Below, piece by piece: positions 1 through 9,319 of a stretch of DNA of 64,000 bases. The DNA lies in contig JBEKCB010000015.1 of NCBI GenBank assembly GCA_050015075.1, forward strand, positions 1 to 64,000. The letters are read 5' to 3'. This stretch comes from Candidatus Brocadiia bacterium (GTDB lineage: Bacteria; Planctomycetota; Brocadiia; CAIUPP01). A model generated the notes under the pieces. The model had not been told where the DNA came from and searched no databases. It worked only from the letters and a program-made list of their open reading frames with translations. Both the position numbers and the translations under genes were made by a program. The stretch's first letter is position 1. The number at the start of each line of letters is the position of its first letter.

Positions 1-2
1 GG

Positions 3-416
3 GGCGTAGCGTTCCGGGAGGACGTGTTCGAGCGCATGGTCAGCCTCATTGAGTTGTACGACGCGCGCCTGACGAACCAGTTCCTGAAACTCCTGCACGA
101 GATCGAGCGCATGCAGCGGCGTCGCGATGGCGAGGAAGTCTCGCCGCCGGTCGTGGCCGACGTGACGGTTCAGACGGATGCGGGAGATGCTTGCAGTTCG
201 CCCGAAAACGCATCGCAGAAAGCGGCGGACGTAGCGCCTGACGGCGCCACTACGAACGAAGGCACGCCGCCAGCCGAGTCTGAGATCACGGTTCAGGCCG
301 AGGCAGCGGAAGGACGCGAAGTGGAATGCGCTTTGCCAGACGAAGGCCTGTCGCCCGCGCCCGGGCAGTCGCCGGATGTCGCTGATCGGGAAGAACCCGC
401 GCAGGTGGCGACATGA
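3..416 (+). CDS. hypothetical protein, 5'-truncated by window edge
   Basis: Frame is open from position 3; helical segment LYDARLTNQFLKLLHEIERMQ followed by an acidic low-complexity tail. Confidence 0.55.
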   Translation, partial: GVAFREDVFERMVSLIELYDARLTNQFLKLLHEIERMQRRRDGEEVSPPVVADVTVQTDAGDACSSPENASQKAADVAPDGATTNEGTPPAESEITVQAEAAEGREVECALPDEGLSPAPGQSPDVADREEPAQVAT

Positions 417-455
417 AAAAACGAACCCGGCGAGTCGCAACCGATTGCGCCCGCG

Positions 456-1094
456 CTACTTATCCTCGCGCGGCGGGCGCCAGAGGCCGGCTCGATTCGC
501 GCCCATCAGCCCGGCTTTGTAGGAACGCGCGTCCACCGGGGAAAGGCCCGCGACCATCGGCGGCGTGACGACCCGGAAGGCGCGGACTTCGTCCAGGCGA
601 TTCGCGATCGCCTCCAGATGCTCGTCGCTGCGCATCCAGTCGTCCTTGTCGAACGCCGCCAGGTTGAGCGGCCGCGTGTAGCTGCGCAGGGTTTTCTGCC
701 GCTCGACGTTGTAGAACGATTCGAAGTACGACATCACCAGTTCGCGCAGCGTCCGGTAGACCGGCTCGCGGAAGCGCAGTCCGGCGAAGTTGGACTTCGC
801 GACCGCGCCCCAGCAGCCGTGTTGCCGGAAGAGCGCGATGAGGTGGCAGTCGTCGTGCTTCGCGTGCATCTCCAGGACCAGCGGCGGATATCCCAGCCGC
901 CGAAGCGCCGCCGCGCCGAACAGCGCGCCGTCGAAGCAGTGCGCCTGGCGGTCCTTCAGGACCCGCCGCGGGCTGCGATAGAAGTCGTCCGCGCTGTAAG
1001 GCAGGTCGGCGAGGAACGCCTGTATCCGCGCCGGGCTGTCCAGCCGCGACAGGCTCCGAATTTCGCGCTTGTTAAAGAGACTCTCAAATCTCAT
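456..1094 (-). CDS. conserved hypothetical protein, possible transglutaminase-like Cys-His fold
   Basis: 212-aa ORF with normal composition; motifs AHCFDGALF, DDCHLIALF, WGAVAKSN. Confidence 0.65.
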   Translation of the reverse strand: MRFESLFNKREIRSLSRLDSPARIQAFLADLPYSADDFYRSPRRVLKDRQAHCFDGALFGAAALRRLGYPPLVLEMHAKHDDCHLIALFRQHGCWGAVAKSNFAGLRFREPVYRTLRELVMSYFESFYNVERQKTLRSYTRPLNLAAFDKDDWMRSDEHLEAIANRLDEVRAFRVVTPPMVAGLSPVDARSYKAGLMGANRAGLWRPPREDK

Positions 1095-1135
1095 TGCTGT
1101 TTGTCCAAGCCGCTGAGTATAACGACGAAAACTTC

Positions 1136-1226
1136 TGCCACGGATTAAAGAAAAACGACGGAGTAAGCCGTTTTGCCCTCACAAGCCGTCGCCGGTAATC
1201 CGTGTAAACCCGTGAAATCCGTGGCA
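1136..1226. repeat. inverted repeat built from ~9-nt units (CACGGATT / AATCCGTG)
   Basis: tgccacggatt (1136-1146) is the reverse complement of aatccgtggca (1216-1226); the right arm is tandem aatccgtgt-aaacccgtg-aaatccgtgg. Confidence 0.65.
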
Positions 1227-1249
1227 AGAAAGTTTTTGTCGTGTATTTT

Positions 1250-2509
1250 TCATTTCTGTGGCTGCGCGTCGCGCGCGATCAGGAAGAGCATGATCGGCAC
1301 GAACGGGAAGAGCATGCGCGGATACGCGCTCAGGAGGGCGGTGCCGGCGAATGCGGCTCCGGCGAAGAGCAGGTAAGGATAAAGGGCACCCCATCCCGTA
1401 CGCGCGCGGCGCGCGAGGCGCACGAGCGCCAGCGTGGTGAACGCCAGGAGAAAGCTGTTCGGCAGCGCGTAGAAGAGCGTGCTCAGTTTCTGCTCGGTGT
1501 GCGTGTAGGGGAACGAGAAGAACATCCGCGAGAGGTTCGCGCCGATGTTCCGCAGGTAAGCCGCCGGATGCGCGGCGAGGTTCTCCCGCGCCCGCGCCTT
1601 GAGGGCGTCGTCGCGCTGGAGTTCGTTCATCAGGTTGAGCCGCTCGAAGAATTCGCGATGCGGCGCGAGTCCGGCCGTGTCGCGCACTTCGTTGAATCCC
1701 TGCCAATCGCCCCATTCGCCGTCGCCGTTGCTGGTCATCCAGTAGAACGACATTCCGCCGGCCGTGGCCCAGCAGAAGAGCCTGCCCGTCCGCACGTGAG
1801 TGTACGCCAGCCACGGAAGGCAGAGGGCGGCCGCGAGCAGATGCGCCAGGAGCAGCCGCCGCGCGGATTGAGACCGCGTCAGCGCCGCGCAAATGAGGTA
1901 GATGGCGAGGCACGCGAAGAGGACGTATCCGAAGATCGAGCGCGTCAGGGCGAGCCAGGCGAAGGCGATTCCCGCCGCCGCAAGCCAGCCCCAGGAGACG
2001 CGCTCGCGCCGGAGGATTTCGGACCAGGCCCACAGCAGCAGGCAGACCAGGCACAGCGTCAGCGCTTCGGTCATCAGCGAGGGAAGAAATTTCCAGACCG
2101 GGAAATAAAGAGCCAGCGCGCCGGCGCCGAGCAGGGCGGCGCGGTCCGGGAGATGGTTGCGCAGGAAACGGAGGAAGCACCAGACCGCCGCGAGGAGCAG
2201 CGGCGCGTTCAGCAGGCGGAGCGCGCCCGGCCCGAAGCCGATCGCGCGAAAGGGCGCCAGGAGCAGCGGATAGCCCGGCCCGCTCCAAAGCTGCACCGCG
2301 CCGGACGGCGAGTAGAACCCGCGGGTGAGGTTGTCCGCGAAGCCGAGGTAGCGCGTCTCATCCTGGACGGGTTGCCGGTTCCAGCCGGCCGCGGCGATGC
2401 ACAGGTAAAGCGCAAGGAGCGGCAAGCCGAATTTCCAAAAGCCGATTTCCAATTTCCAAGGGGCGAGTGAGGATCCTGCCTTGGACATTGGATATTCGGA
2501 TTTGGGCAT
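1250..2509 (-). CDS. multi-TM GT-C/ArnT-PMT-like membrane glycosyltransferase
   Basis: QDETRY and GPGYPLLLA loop motifs, LMTE motif, many TM helices; start uncertain (2509 or 2488). Confidence 0.7.
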   Translation of the reverse strand: MPKSEYPMSKAGSSLAPWKLEIGFWKFGLPLLALYLCIAAAGWNRQPVQDETRYLGFADNLTRGFYSPSGAVQLWSGPGYPLLLAPFRAIGFGPGALRLLNAPLLLAAVWCFLRFLRNHLPDRAALLGAGALALYFPVWKFLPSLMTEALTLCLVCLLLWAWSEILRRERVSWGWLAAAGIAFAWLALTRSIFGYVLFACLAIYLICAALTRSQSARRLLLAHLLAAALCLPWLAYTHVRTGRLFCWATAGGMSFYWMTSNGDGEWGDWQGFNEVRDTAGLAPHREFFERLNLMNELQRDDALKARARENLAAHPAAYLRNIGANLSRMFFSFPYTHTEQKLSTLFYALPNSFLLAFTTLALVRLARRARTGWGALYPYLLFAGAAFAGTALLSAYPRMLFPFVPIMLFLIARDAQPQK

Positions 2510-2510
2510 T
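2424..2510. repeat. heptamer tandem-unit inverted repeat
   Basis: aagccga-atttcca-aaagccg-atttcca-atttcca ... ttggaca-ttggata-ttcggat-ttgggca. Confidence 0.65.
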
Positions 2511-2523
2511 CCGCTCAGCGCGC

Positions 2524-3900
2524 TTATTTTCTCTCGGCCACGATTTCCCGGAACGCCTCCTCCAGCACGCTGCAACCTTCCAGGATCTGCTCGCGGCTGA
2601 CGATGAGCGGCGGGGCGATCTTGATCGTCGCGTAGCCGACGGGGCTGAACATCAGCAGCCCTTTCTCCACGCAGCGCTCGACCACGTCGAACGCGAAATC
2701 ATAGTCCGCGACTTTCTTCCCGCCCGGCTTGACCACGTGGACCCCGTACACCAGTCCTCTGCCGTGGACCACGCCGATGCGCTCGGGGAACTTTTTCTGG
2801 ATGCCGATCAGGCCCCTCATCAGCAGCTTGCCCATCCGCTCGGCGTTGATCCAGAGTTTTTCCTTCATGATGATGTCAATATTCGCCAGCGCCGCCGCGA
2901 CGCAGACCGGGCTGCCCGTGTGCGTGCTCGTCATCGAGCCGGCGGGATACTGGTCCATCAGGTCCTTCCGGCCGATGATGGCGCTGATCGGCAGCGAGCT
3001 GGAAATGCCCTTGCCGAAACAGACGAGGTCGGGCACGATGCCGTAGTGCTCGTAGCAGAAGAGCTTGCCCGTGCGGCCGAAGGCGGCCTGGACTTCGTCG
3101 CAGGTGAGGACGATGTTGTGCTTCGCGCACCAGGCGGCGAGTTTCTGCATGTACTCCTTCGGCGCAAAGCTCGCGCCGCCGCCCTGGAAGGTCTCGAGGA
3201 TGACGCCGGCGACGCGGTCCGGCGTGATGTTCTGTTTCTTGAGCGACGCGAGGAAGAAATCGAACGAGGTGTCCGTCGTCCAGAAGCCGTCCGGGAAAGG
3301 CACCTGCCAGATGCACGGATCGAGGTTGACGATCCATGACTTGAGGGCCGGGCTGCCGCCGATCTGCTGCGAGCCGAGCGTGCGGCCGTGGAACGCGCGC
3401 TCGAAGGAAATGATGCCGATCTTCTTCTTGCCGCCCGCCGCCAGGCCGTGCGTGCGCATGAGCTTGATGGCGCATTCGGTCGTCTCGCCGCCGGTGGTGA
3501 GGATGAACGCCTTCTGGAGTTTCGCCGGGCTGATCTCGATCAGCCGCTTCACCAGGTTCGCGCGCAGCTCACTCGGGAAGCAGTAGTTGTGGAGCAGCGG
3601 CTTGCGGGCCTGCTTGACGATGGCGTTCACGATCTCCTTGCGGCCGTGCCCGGCGTTCGTCGCGACCACGCCGCTGCTCCAGTCGAGCCACGTGTTGCCC
3701 CACTTGTCGCGCACCTGGCAACCCTCCGCGCGGTCCCAGACGACGAGCGGCTGGCCGGTCATGCTGAGGGGCTCGTACTTGCGGAGCTGCTTCAGGATCG
3801 GAAGCGATTGCGGGACCGGGATCGCGGTCACGATCCTGCGATATTTCGTGCGGACCTTCGGAACTTTCCGGGGGACCATGCTGAAGGTTTTTCCGGCCAT
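2524..3900 (-). CDS. class III PLP-dependent aminotransferase (GabT/ArgD family)
   Basis: FHGRT, ETFQGGG, DEVQAAFGRTG, FGKGISS (PLP Lys), STHTG; AGGAG RBS upstream of ATG 3900. Confidence 0.9.
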   Translation of the reverse strand: MAGKTFSMVPRKVPKVRTKYRRIVTAIPVPQSLPILKQLRKYEPLSMTGQPLVVWDRAEGCQVRDKWGNTWLDWSSGVVATNAGHGRKEIVNAIVKQARKPLLHNYCFPSELRANLVKRLIEISPAKLQKAFILTTGGETTECAIKLMRTHGLAAGGKKKIGIISFERAFHGRTLGSQQIGGSPALKSWIVNLDPCIWQVPFPDGFWTTDTSFDFFLASLKKQNITPDRVAGVILETFQGGGASFAPKEYMQKLAAWCAKHNIVLTCDEVQAAFGRTGKLFCYEHYGIVPDLVCFGKGISSSLPISAIIGRKDLMDQYPAGSMTSTHTGSPVCVAAALANIDIIMKEKLWINAERMGKLLMRGLIGIQKKFPERIGVVHGRGLVYGVHVVKPGGKKVADYDFAFDVVERCVEKGLLMFSPVGYATIKIAPPLIVSREQILEGCSVLEEAFREIVAERK

Positions 3901-4034
3901 GTTCGTCTCCTGGCAAAGAACAAAGGGACTCCTGGGTGTTGCGGCCACAAGGCATAACATTCTACCCGCAGCGCGCTTTACGGTCAACCCGGCCGGGACG
4001 GCTGCCGAGGCGGCGGAGTTGCGCGGCGGGCGGA

Positions 4035-4063
4035 TTGACTGTCTCCGCGAGGCGGGATATAAT
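4035..4063 (+). promoter_or_regulatory. sigma70-type promoter of tRNA-Val
   Basis: TTGACT-17 bp-TATAAT, 12 bp before the tRNA. Confidence 0.85.
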
Positions 4064-4075
4064 CGAGCTTCGAAC

Positions 4076-4152
4076 GGGCGATTAGCTCAGTTGGCTAGAG
4101 CGCATGGATCACACCCATGAGGTCACTGGTTCGAGTCCAGTATCGCCCACCA
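4076..4152 (+). tRNA. tRNA-Val(CAC)
   Basis: Acceptor stem GGGCGAT/ATCGCCC, D arm AGCTCAGTTGGCTAGAGC, anticodon stem CATGG/CCATG with loop ATCACAC, GGTTCGAGTCC T arm, encoded CCA. Confidence 0.96.
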
Positions 4153-4288
4153 TTCGACTCGCTTCGCTCGCTCATGGCAGGCCACACTTAGAGCGGGTGA
4201 AGTGTTTTAGCCGACCGAAGCCTATGGGCAGAAAAGACGAGAAGCGAGACGAACGGGCCACTCAAGATTAGGTCGTGCGTCTCCGGAA

Positions 4289-4774
4289 CTATTTCGGACG
4301 ATCGGGTTGTTGCAGAAATAAGTCGTGTGCCCCCGGAACCTTCCGGTACTCCTTTGCGAGACTTTGAATAACCGCAGTCAGAGTCCTGGGACGGTCCAAT
4401 AGAATCCACGTCTGCTTCGGCGTCGCATCAAGCGCTGAGAATAGGAACACTTCGACACCGTAGCCTATACCACCGTGCTCCAGCGCTACGAGCCAAGTAT
4501 CGCCCTGCCTTCCCGCCACAATAAAGCGACGCATTGGCAGACTGGCGTTGACCACGTCGGTCATATTGAAGGGACGGCCGCGGTCGGCGACTCCGTCCAG
4601 ACCCGGTCGGCCTGCTCCCAACCCGGACTGGATGACCGTTGGCAAGTCCGCTAAAGAGCGCGCTTCCTGAAGCGTGTAGCCACGCCATTCAACTGTTGCG
4701 GGGCCCCGTTCAGTTTCGCAACCCAGCGTCAGCGCAAGTCCCGCTGTGAGGATGACTGCGATCAGTGTCCGCAT
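4289..4774 (-). CDS. putative lipoprotein
   Basis: MRTLIAVILTAGLALTLGC signal peptide with lipobox-like Cys; more AT-rich than its neighbours. Confidence 0.6.
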   Translation of the reverse strand: MRTLIAVILTAGLALTLGCETERGPATVEWRGYTLQEARSLADLPTVIQSGLGAGRPGLDGVADRGRPFNMTDVVNASLPMRRFIVAGRQGDTWLVALEHGGIGYGVEVFLFSALDATPKQTWILLDRPRTLTAVIQSLAKEYRKVPGAHDLFLQQPDRPK

Positions 4775-4889
4775 GAAGCCTAACATCGCTTCCTCGGAAT
4801 TCGTCACGTGACCGCCCTCCAGGCGACCCCCTGCGCTCGGCTGCTCGCCCGCCCGTTCTGCGGCCAGACTATGCGTTGCCGGTCTCCGC

Positions 4890-5552
4890 TCAGCCGCCGT
4901 GCGTCATGGCCCGTTTGAACGCGGCGGTGGCTTCTTCGATGTCCTCGGCCAAGAGGATGGCGGAGCAGATCGCGAGCATCACCGGGCGATCGCCCATGGC
5001 GGCCAGGATTCCGGGCACGTTCTCCAGAGTGATTCCGCCGACGGCGACGATCGGCACAGCGACCGACGAGCCGACCGACTGGAGAAACTCGATGCCCAGA
5101 CCGTTCTTGTATCCGCGCGTCTCGGTCGGAAAAAGCGGGCCGACGCCGATATACGCGGCGCCGTCCGCGACGGCCGCTTGAGCCTGCTCCACGGAATGCG
5201 TCGAGACGCCCATGACCTGGCCGGCGGCCAGCAGCTTCCGCGCGGCCGCGGGCGGCAGGTCATCCTGGCCGAGATGGACTCCGTCCGCCTCGGAAAGCCG
5301 CGCGAGGTCCGGCCGGTCGTTGACGATCATGCCGACGCCGGCGTCTCCGGTGATCCGCCGCAACTCCAGCGCCAGCTGGAGCGTCTTGCGGTCGCTGGAA
5401 TCCTTCTGGCGGAGTTGAACCACGTCGGCGCCGCCGCGGACCACCGCGCGCGCGGCGTCGAGGATCGGAACGCGGCAGTGCGCCTGCGTGAGAAGGACGT
5501 AGAGTCTGCCCGAGCGAATCCATGCGTCGGTCGGCGTCCTGGCGAATGGCAT
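4890..5552 (-). CDS. thiE: thiamine-phosphate synthase
   Basis: VQLRQK, IVNDRPD, GVHLGQDD, GVSTHS, GPLFPTET, VAVGGI. Confidence 0.93.
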   Translation of the reverse strand: MPFARTPTDAWIRSGRLYVLLTQAHCRVPILDAARAVVRGGADVVQLRQKDSSDRKTLQLALELRRITGDAGVGMIVNDRPDLARLSEADGVHLGQDDLPPAAARKLLAAGQVMGVSTHSVEQAQAAVADGAAYIGVGPLFPTETRGYKNGLGIEFLQSVGSSVAVPIVAVGGITLENVPGILAAMGDRPVMLAICSAILLAEDIEEATAAFKRAMTHGG

Positions 5553-5562
5553 CGGCCTCTCC

Positions 5563-5590
5563 TTGACAGGTTTCCGGTTACTGATATAAT
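5563..5590 (+). promoter_or_regulatory. sigma70-type promoter for purF-purM
   Basis: TTGACA-16 bp-TATAAT. Confidence 0.75.
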
Positions 5591-5667
5591 AGCAGGATAG
5601 GAGTTGCGCGGCGAGTGGCGTGTGGTTTCGTCTGCGCAACTTTTTTCCTTCCCGGCAGGAATCGCGC

Positions 5668-7095
<1,428 letters not shown>

Positions 7096-7108
7096 GCGCG
7101 TGCCGCCG

Positions 7109-7307
7109 GATCAATCGTACTCGTCCTCGTCGTCCTCGTCCTCGGTCGTACTGACGGCCGTTCGAGGACGAGCAGGAATGCGAGGACAATGAAAAAACGC
7201 GATGCCGATCAATCGTACTCGTCCTCGTCGTCGTCCTCGTCCTCGGTCGTACTAACGGCCGTTCGAGGACGAGGACGAGGACGAGGACGACGACGAGGAC
7301 GATGAAA
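7109..7307. repeat. two tandem copies of a palindromic element made of CTCGTC/GAGGAC hexamers
   Basis: Copy 1 at 7109-7194 and copy 2 at 7207-7307 share gatcaatcgtactcgtcctcgtc...ctcggtcgtact(g/a)acggccgttcgaggacgag. Confidence 0.85.
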
Positions 7308-7330
7308 GAAGGCCGATTGCGAGGGGTAAG

Positions 7331-8395
7331 ATGGCGCGCGCTCTGACCTACAAAGACGCCGGCGTGGACATCGAGACGAAGGGCACGTTCACCGACTCGA
7401 TCCCCGCGATCATGCGGCGGACGTACGGCCCGCGCGTGATTGACCTGCCCGACGGCTTCGCCGGGCTTTTCGCGCTCGACAAAATGGGGCTGCTGGCGAA
7501 GCGCTACCGCGAGCCGGTCCTGGCCGCCTGCACCGACGGCGTCGGCACCAAGCTCAAAATCGCCTTCCTGATGGACAAGCACGACACGGTCGGCATCGAC
7601 CTGGTGGCGATGAGCGTGAACGATCTCATCACCGTCGGCGCGGAGCCGCTGTATTTCCTCGACTACATCGCCACGAGCAAAATCGAGCCGGCGAAGCTGA
7701 AGGAGATTCTCAAGGGTATCGCCGAGGGCTGCGTGCAGTCGAACTGCGCGCTGCTCGGCGGAGAGACCGCCGAGATGGCCGGCTTCTACGCACCGGGCGA
7801 GTACGACCTCGCCGGCTTCGCCACCGGCGTCGTCGAGCGCGGCCGGATCATCAACGGCGGGCTCATCCGGCCGAGGGACGTCCTCATCGGCGTCGCCTCC
7901 AGCGGGCTCCACAGCAACGGCTACACGCTCGTCCGCAAGGCGTTCTTCGACGAGGGGAAAATGTCCGTGGGCGACCCGGTCGCGGAGTTCGGCTGCCCGC
8001 TCGGCGAGGAGCTTCTGCGGCCGACGAAGATCTATGCCGCAACCGTCGCCCGCCTGCTGGCGCACTACAAGGTCAAGCACGTCCTGCACGGCATCGCGAA
8101 CATCACCGGCGGCGGGCTGCGCGATAACATCGAGCGGCTGCTGCCGAAGCGCTGCCAGGCGCGGATCGTCAAGAACTCCTGGCCGGTGCCGCCGGTCTTC
8201 CAGGTGCTCAGCCGCGTCGGGCACGTCGAAGAGGAGGAGATGTACCGCGTCTTCAACATGGGCGTCGGCCTGGTCCTGATTGTCCCGGAGTTCAACGCCG
8301 ACGTCATCCTCAGCCTCCTCAAGCGCCAGGGCGAAACCGCCTGGCTCATCGGCGAAGTCCGCCGCGACAAGAAGGGCGTCGTGTTCGCGGAGTAG
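7331..8395 (+). CDS. purM: phosphoribosylformylglycinamidine cyclo-ligase (AIR synthetase)
   Basis: YKDAGVDI, TDGVGTKL, GGETAEM, SSGLHSNG, ITGGG, FNMGVG. Confidence 0.97.
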   Translation: MARALTYKDAGVDIETKGTFTDSIPAIMRRTYGPRVIDLPDGFAGLFALDKMGLLAKRYREPVLAACTDGVGTKLKIAFLMDKHDTVGIDLVAMSVNDLITVGAEPLYFLDYIATSKIEPAKLKEILKGIAEGCVQSNCALLGGETAEMAGFYAPGEYDLAGFATGVVERGRIINGGLIRPRDVLIGVASSGLHSNGYTLVRKAFFDEGKMSVGDPVAEFGCPLGEELLRPTKIYAATVARLLAHYKVKHVLHGIANITGGGLRDNIERLLPKRCQARIVKNSWPVPPVFQVLSRVGHVEEEEMYRVFNMGVGLVLIVPEFNADVILSLLKRQGETAWLIGEVRRDKKGVVFAE

Positions 8396-8460
8396 CGCCC
8401 GAGAGAAACCCTAAGAGACCTGGGCTCAGAACAGATGATTTGCGGCACACTGGGTTTCGT

Positions 8461-8943
8461 TGTCATTCCCGCGAAAGCGGGAATCCAGCGATGCTGACTC
8501 GCGGCCCAGATCATCGTGCGGTATTCCAGTGTGAACTGATCCATGAATAAGAAACCGGCAGTCTACATCCTTGCAAGCAAGCGAAATGGCACACTCTATA
8601 TTGGAATCACCAACGATTTGGCGCGGCGTGTATGGGAACATAAGAACGGCTTAGCCGCAGGATTCACCCGCAGATACGGCGTGCGTACGTTGGTCTATGC
8701 CGAGCCTCATGAGGACATGAACAGCGCCATTCAGCGGGAGAAACAATTGAAGAAATGGAACCGCGCGTGGAAGATTGCCCTGATCGAGAGACAGAACCCA
8801 ACTTGGAGAGACTTGGATGCGGAGATCAGTTGAAGGCGCCGTCCCCGAACTCGGCTCATGGACTGGGACGCAAGCGCTGTGCAGCCAACCCTTGCCATCG
8901 GCGGGCGGCTAACGACTGGATTCCCGCTTTCGCGGGAATGACA
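8461..8943. mobile_element. REP-like 28-bp perfect inverted repeats enclosing a GIY-YIG gene
   Basis: tgtcattcccgcgaaagcgggaatccag (8461-8488) and its exact reverse complement (8916-8943); each copy is itself a hairpin ATTCCCGC-GAAA-GCGGGAAT. Confidence 0.7.
8543..8833 (+). CDS. GIY-YIG nuclease family protein (UPF0213-like)
   Basis: VYILAS...LYIGITNDLARRVWEHK...FTRRYGV...AIQREKQLKKWNRAWK. Confidence 0.9.
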   Translation: MNKKPAVYILASKRNGTLYIGITNDLARRVWEHKNGLAAGFTRRYGVRTLVYAEPHEDMNSAIQREKQLKKWNRAWKIALIERQNPTWRDLDAEIS

Positions 8944-8971
8944 TTGGGAATTCGGGGGAAAATACGGATCC

Positions 8972-9235
8972 TCACTTCCGATTCCTCACTCGGGCCAATG
9001 CATGGGTGATTTCGGAACGCCGCATCCCCGCGGCGCGCGCCTGCCGGCGAGCCTCGGTGATGAGCGCGTCGAAATCGCGCATGGACGGCCTTTGGACCGT
9101 CTTCAGGATAACGACGTCATTTTTTCCGACAACGACAAACTGCGTTCCCGCTTCCAGCCGCAGCCGTTTTCGCACCGCCTCCGGGATCACCACTTGCCCC
9201 TTGGAGGACATTCGCGTTGTAGCCATTGTCGCCAT
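8972..9235 (-). CDS. AbrB/MazE/SpoVT family DNA-binding protein (antitoxin-like)
   Basis: TTRMSSKGQVVIPEAVRKRLRL. Confidence 0.88.
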   Translation of the reverse strand: MATMATTRMSSKGQVVIPEAVRKRLRLEAGTQFVVVGKNDVVILKTVQRPSMRDFDALITEARRQARAAGMRRSEITHALARVRNRK

Positions 9236-9255
9236 CGCTTGCTCCCTTCGTGGAA

Positions 9256-9273
9256 CTTACCAGTAAGATTGTA
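9256..9273 (-). promoter_or_regulatory. palindromic operator next to the -10 box of the AbrB gene
   Basis: CTTAC-CA-GTAAG palindrome (9256-9267) adjacent to minus-strand TACAAT (9268-9273). Confidence 0.5.
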
Positions 9274-9319
9274 CCTCGCGCGAGGGCGGGACGCAAATTG
9301 CGGGCCTGGTTTTCGGAGT

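Noticed and set aside
4775-4790. GTTAGGC just upstream of the lipoprotein ATG, resembling an integron cassette core site
   Set aside because: No convincing RYYYAAC...GTTRRRY attC hairpin downstream and no integron integrase in the window
7109-7307. Possible CRISPR array
   Set aside because: Only two copies, low-complexity hexamers, no unique equal-length spacers and no cas genes
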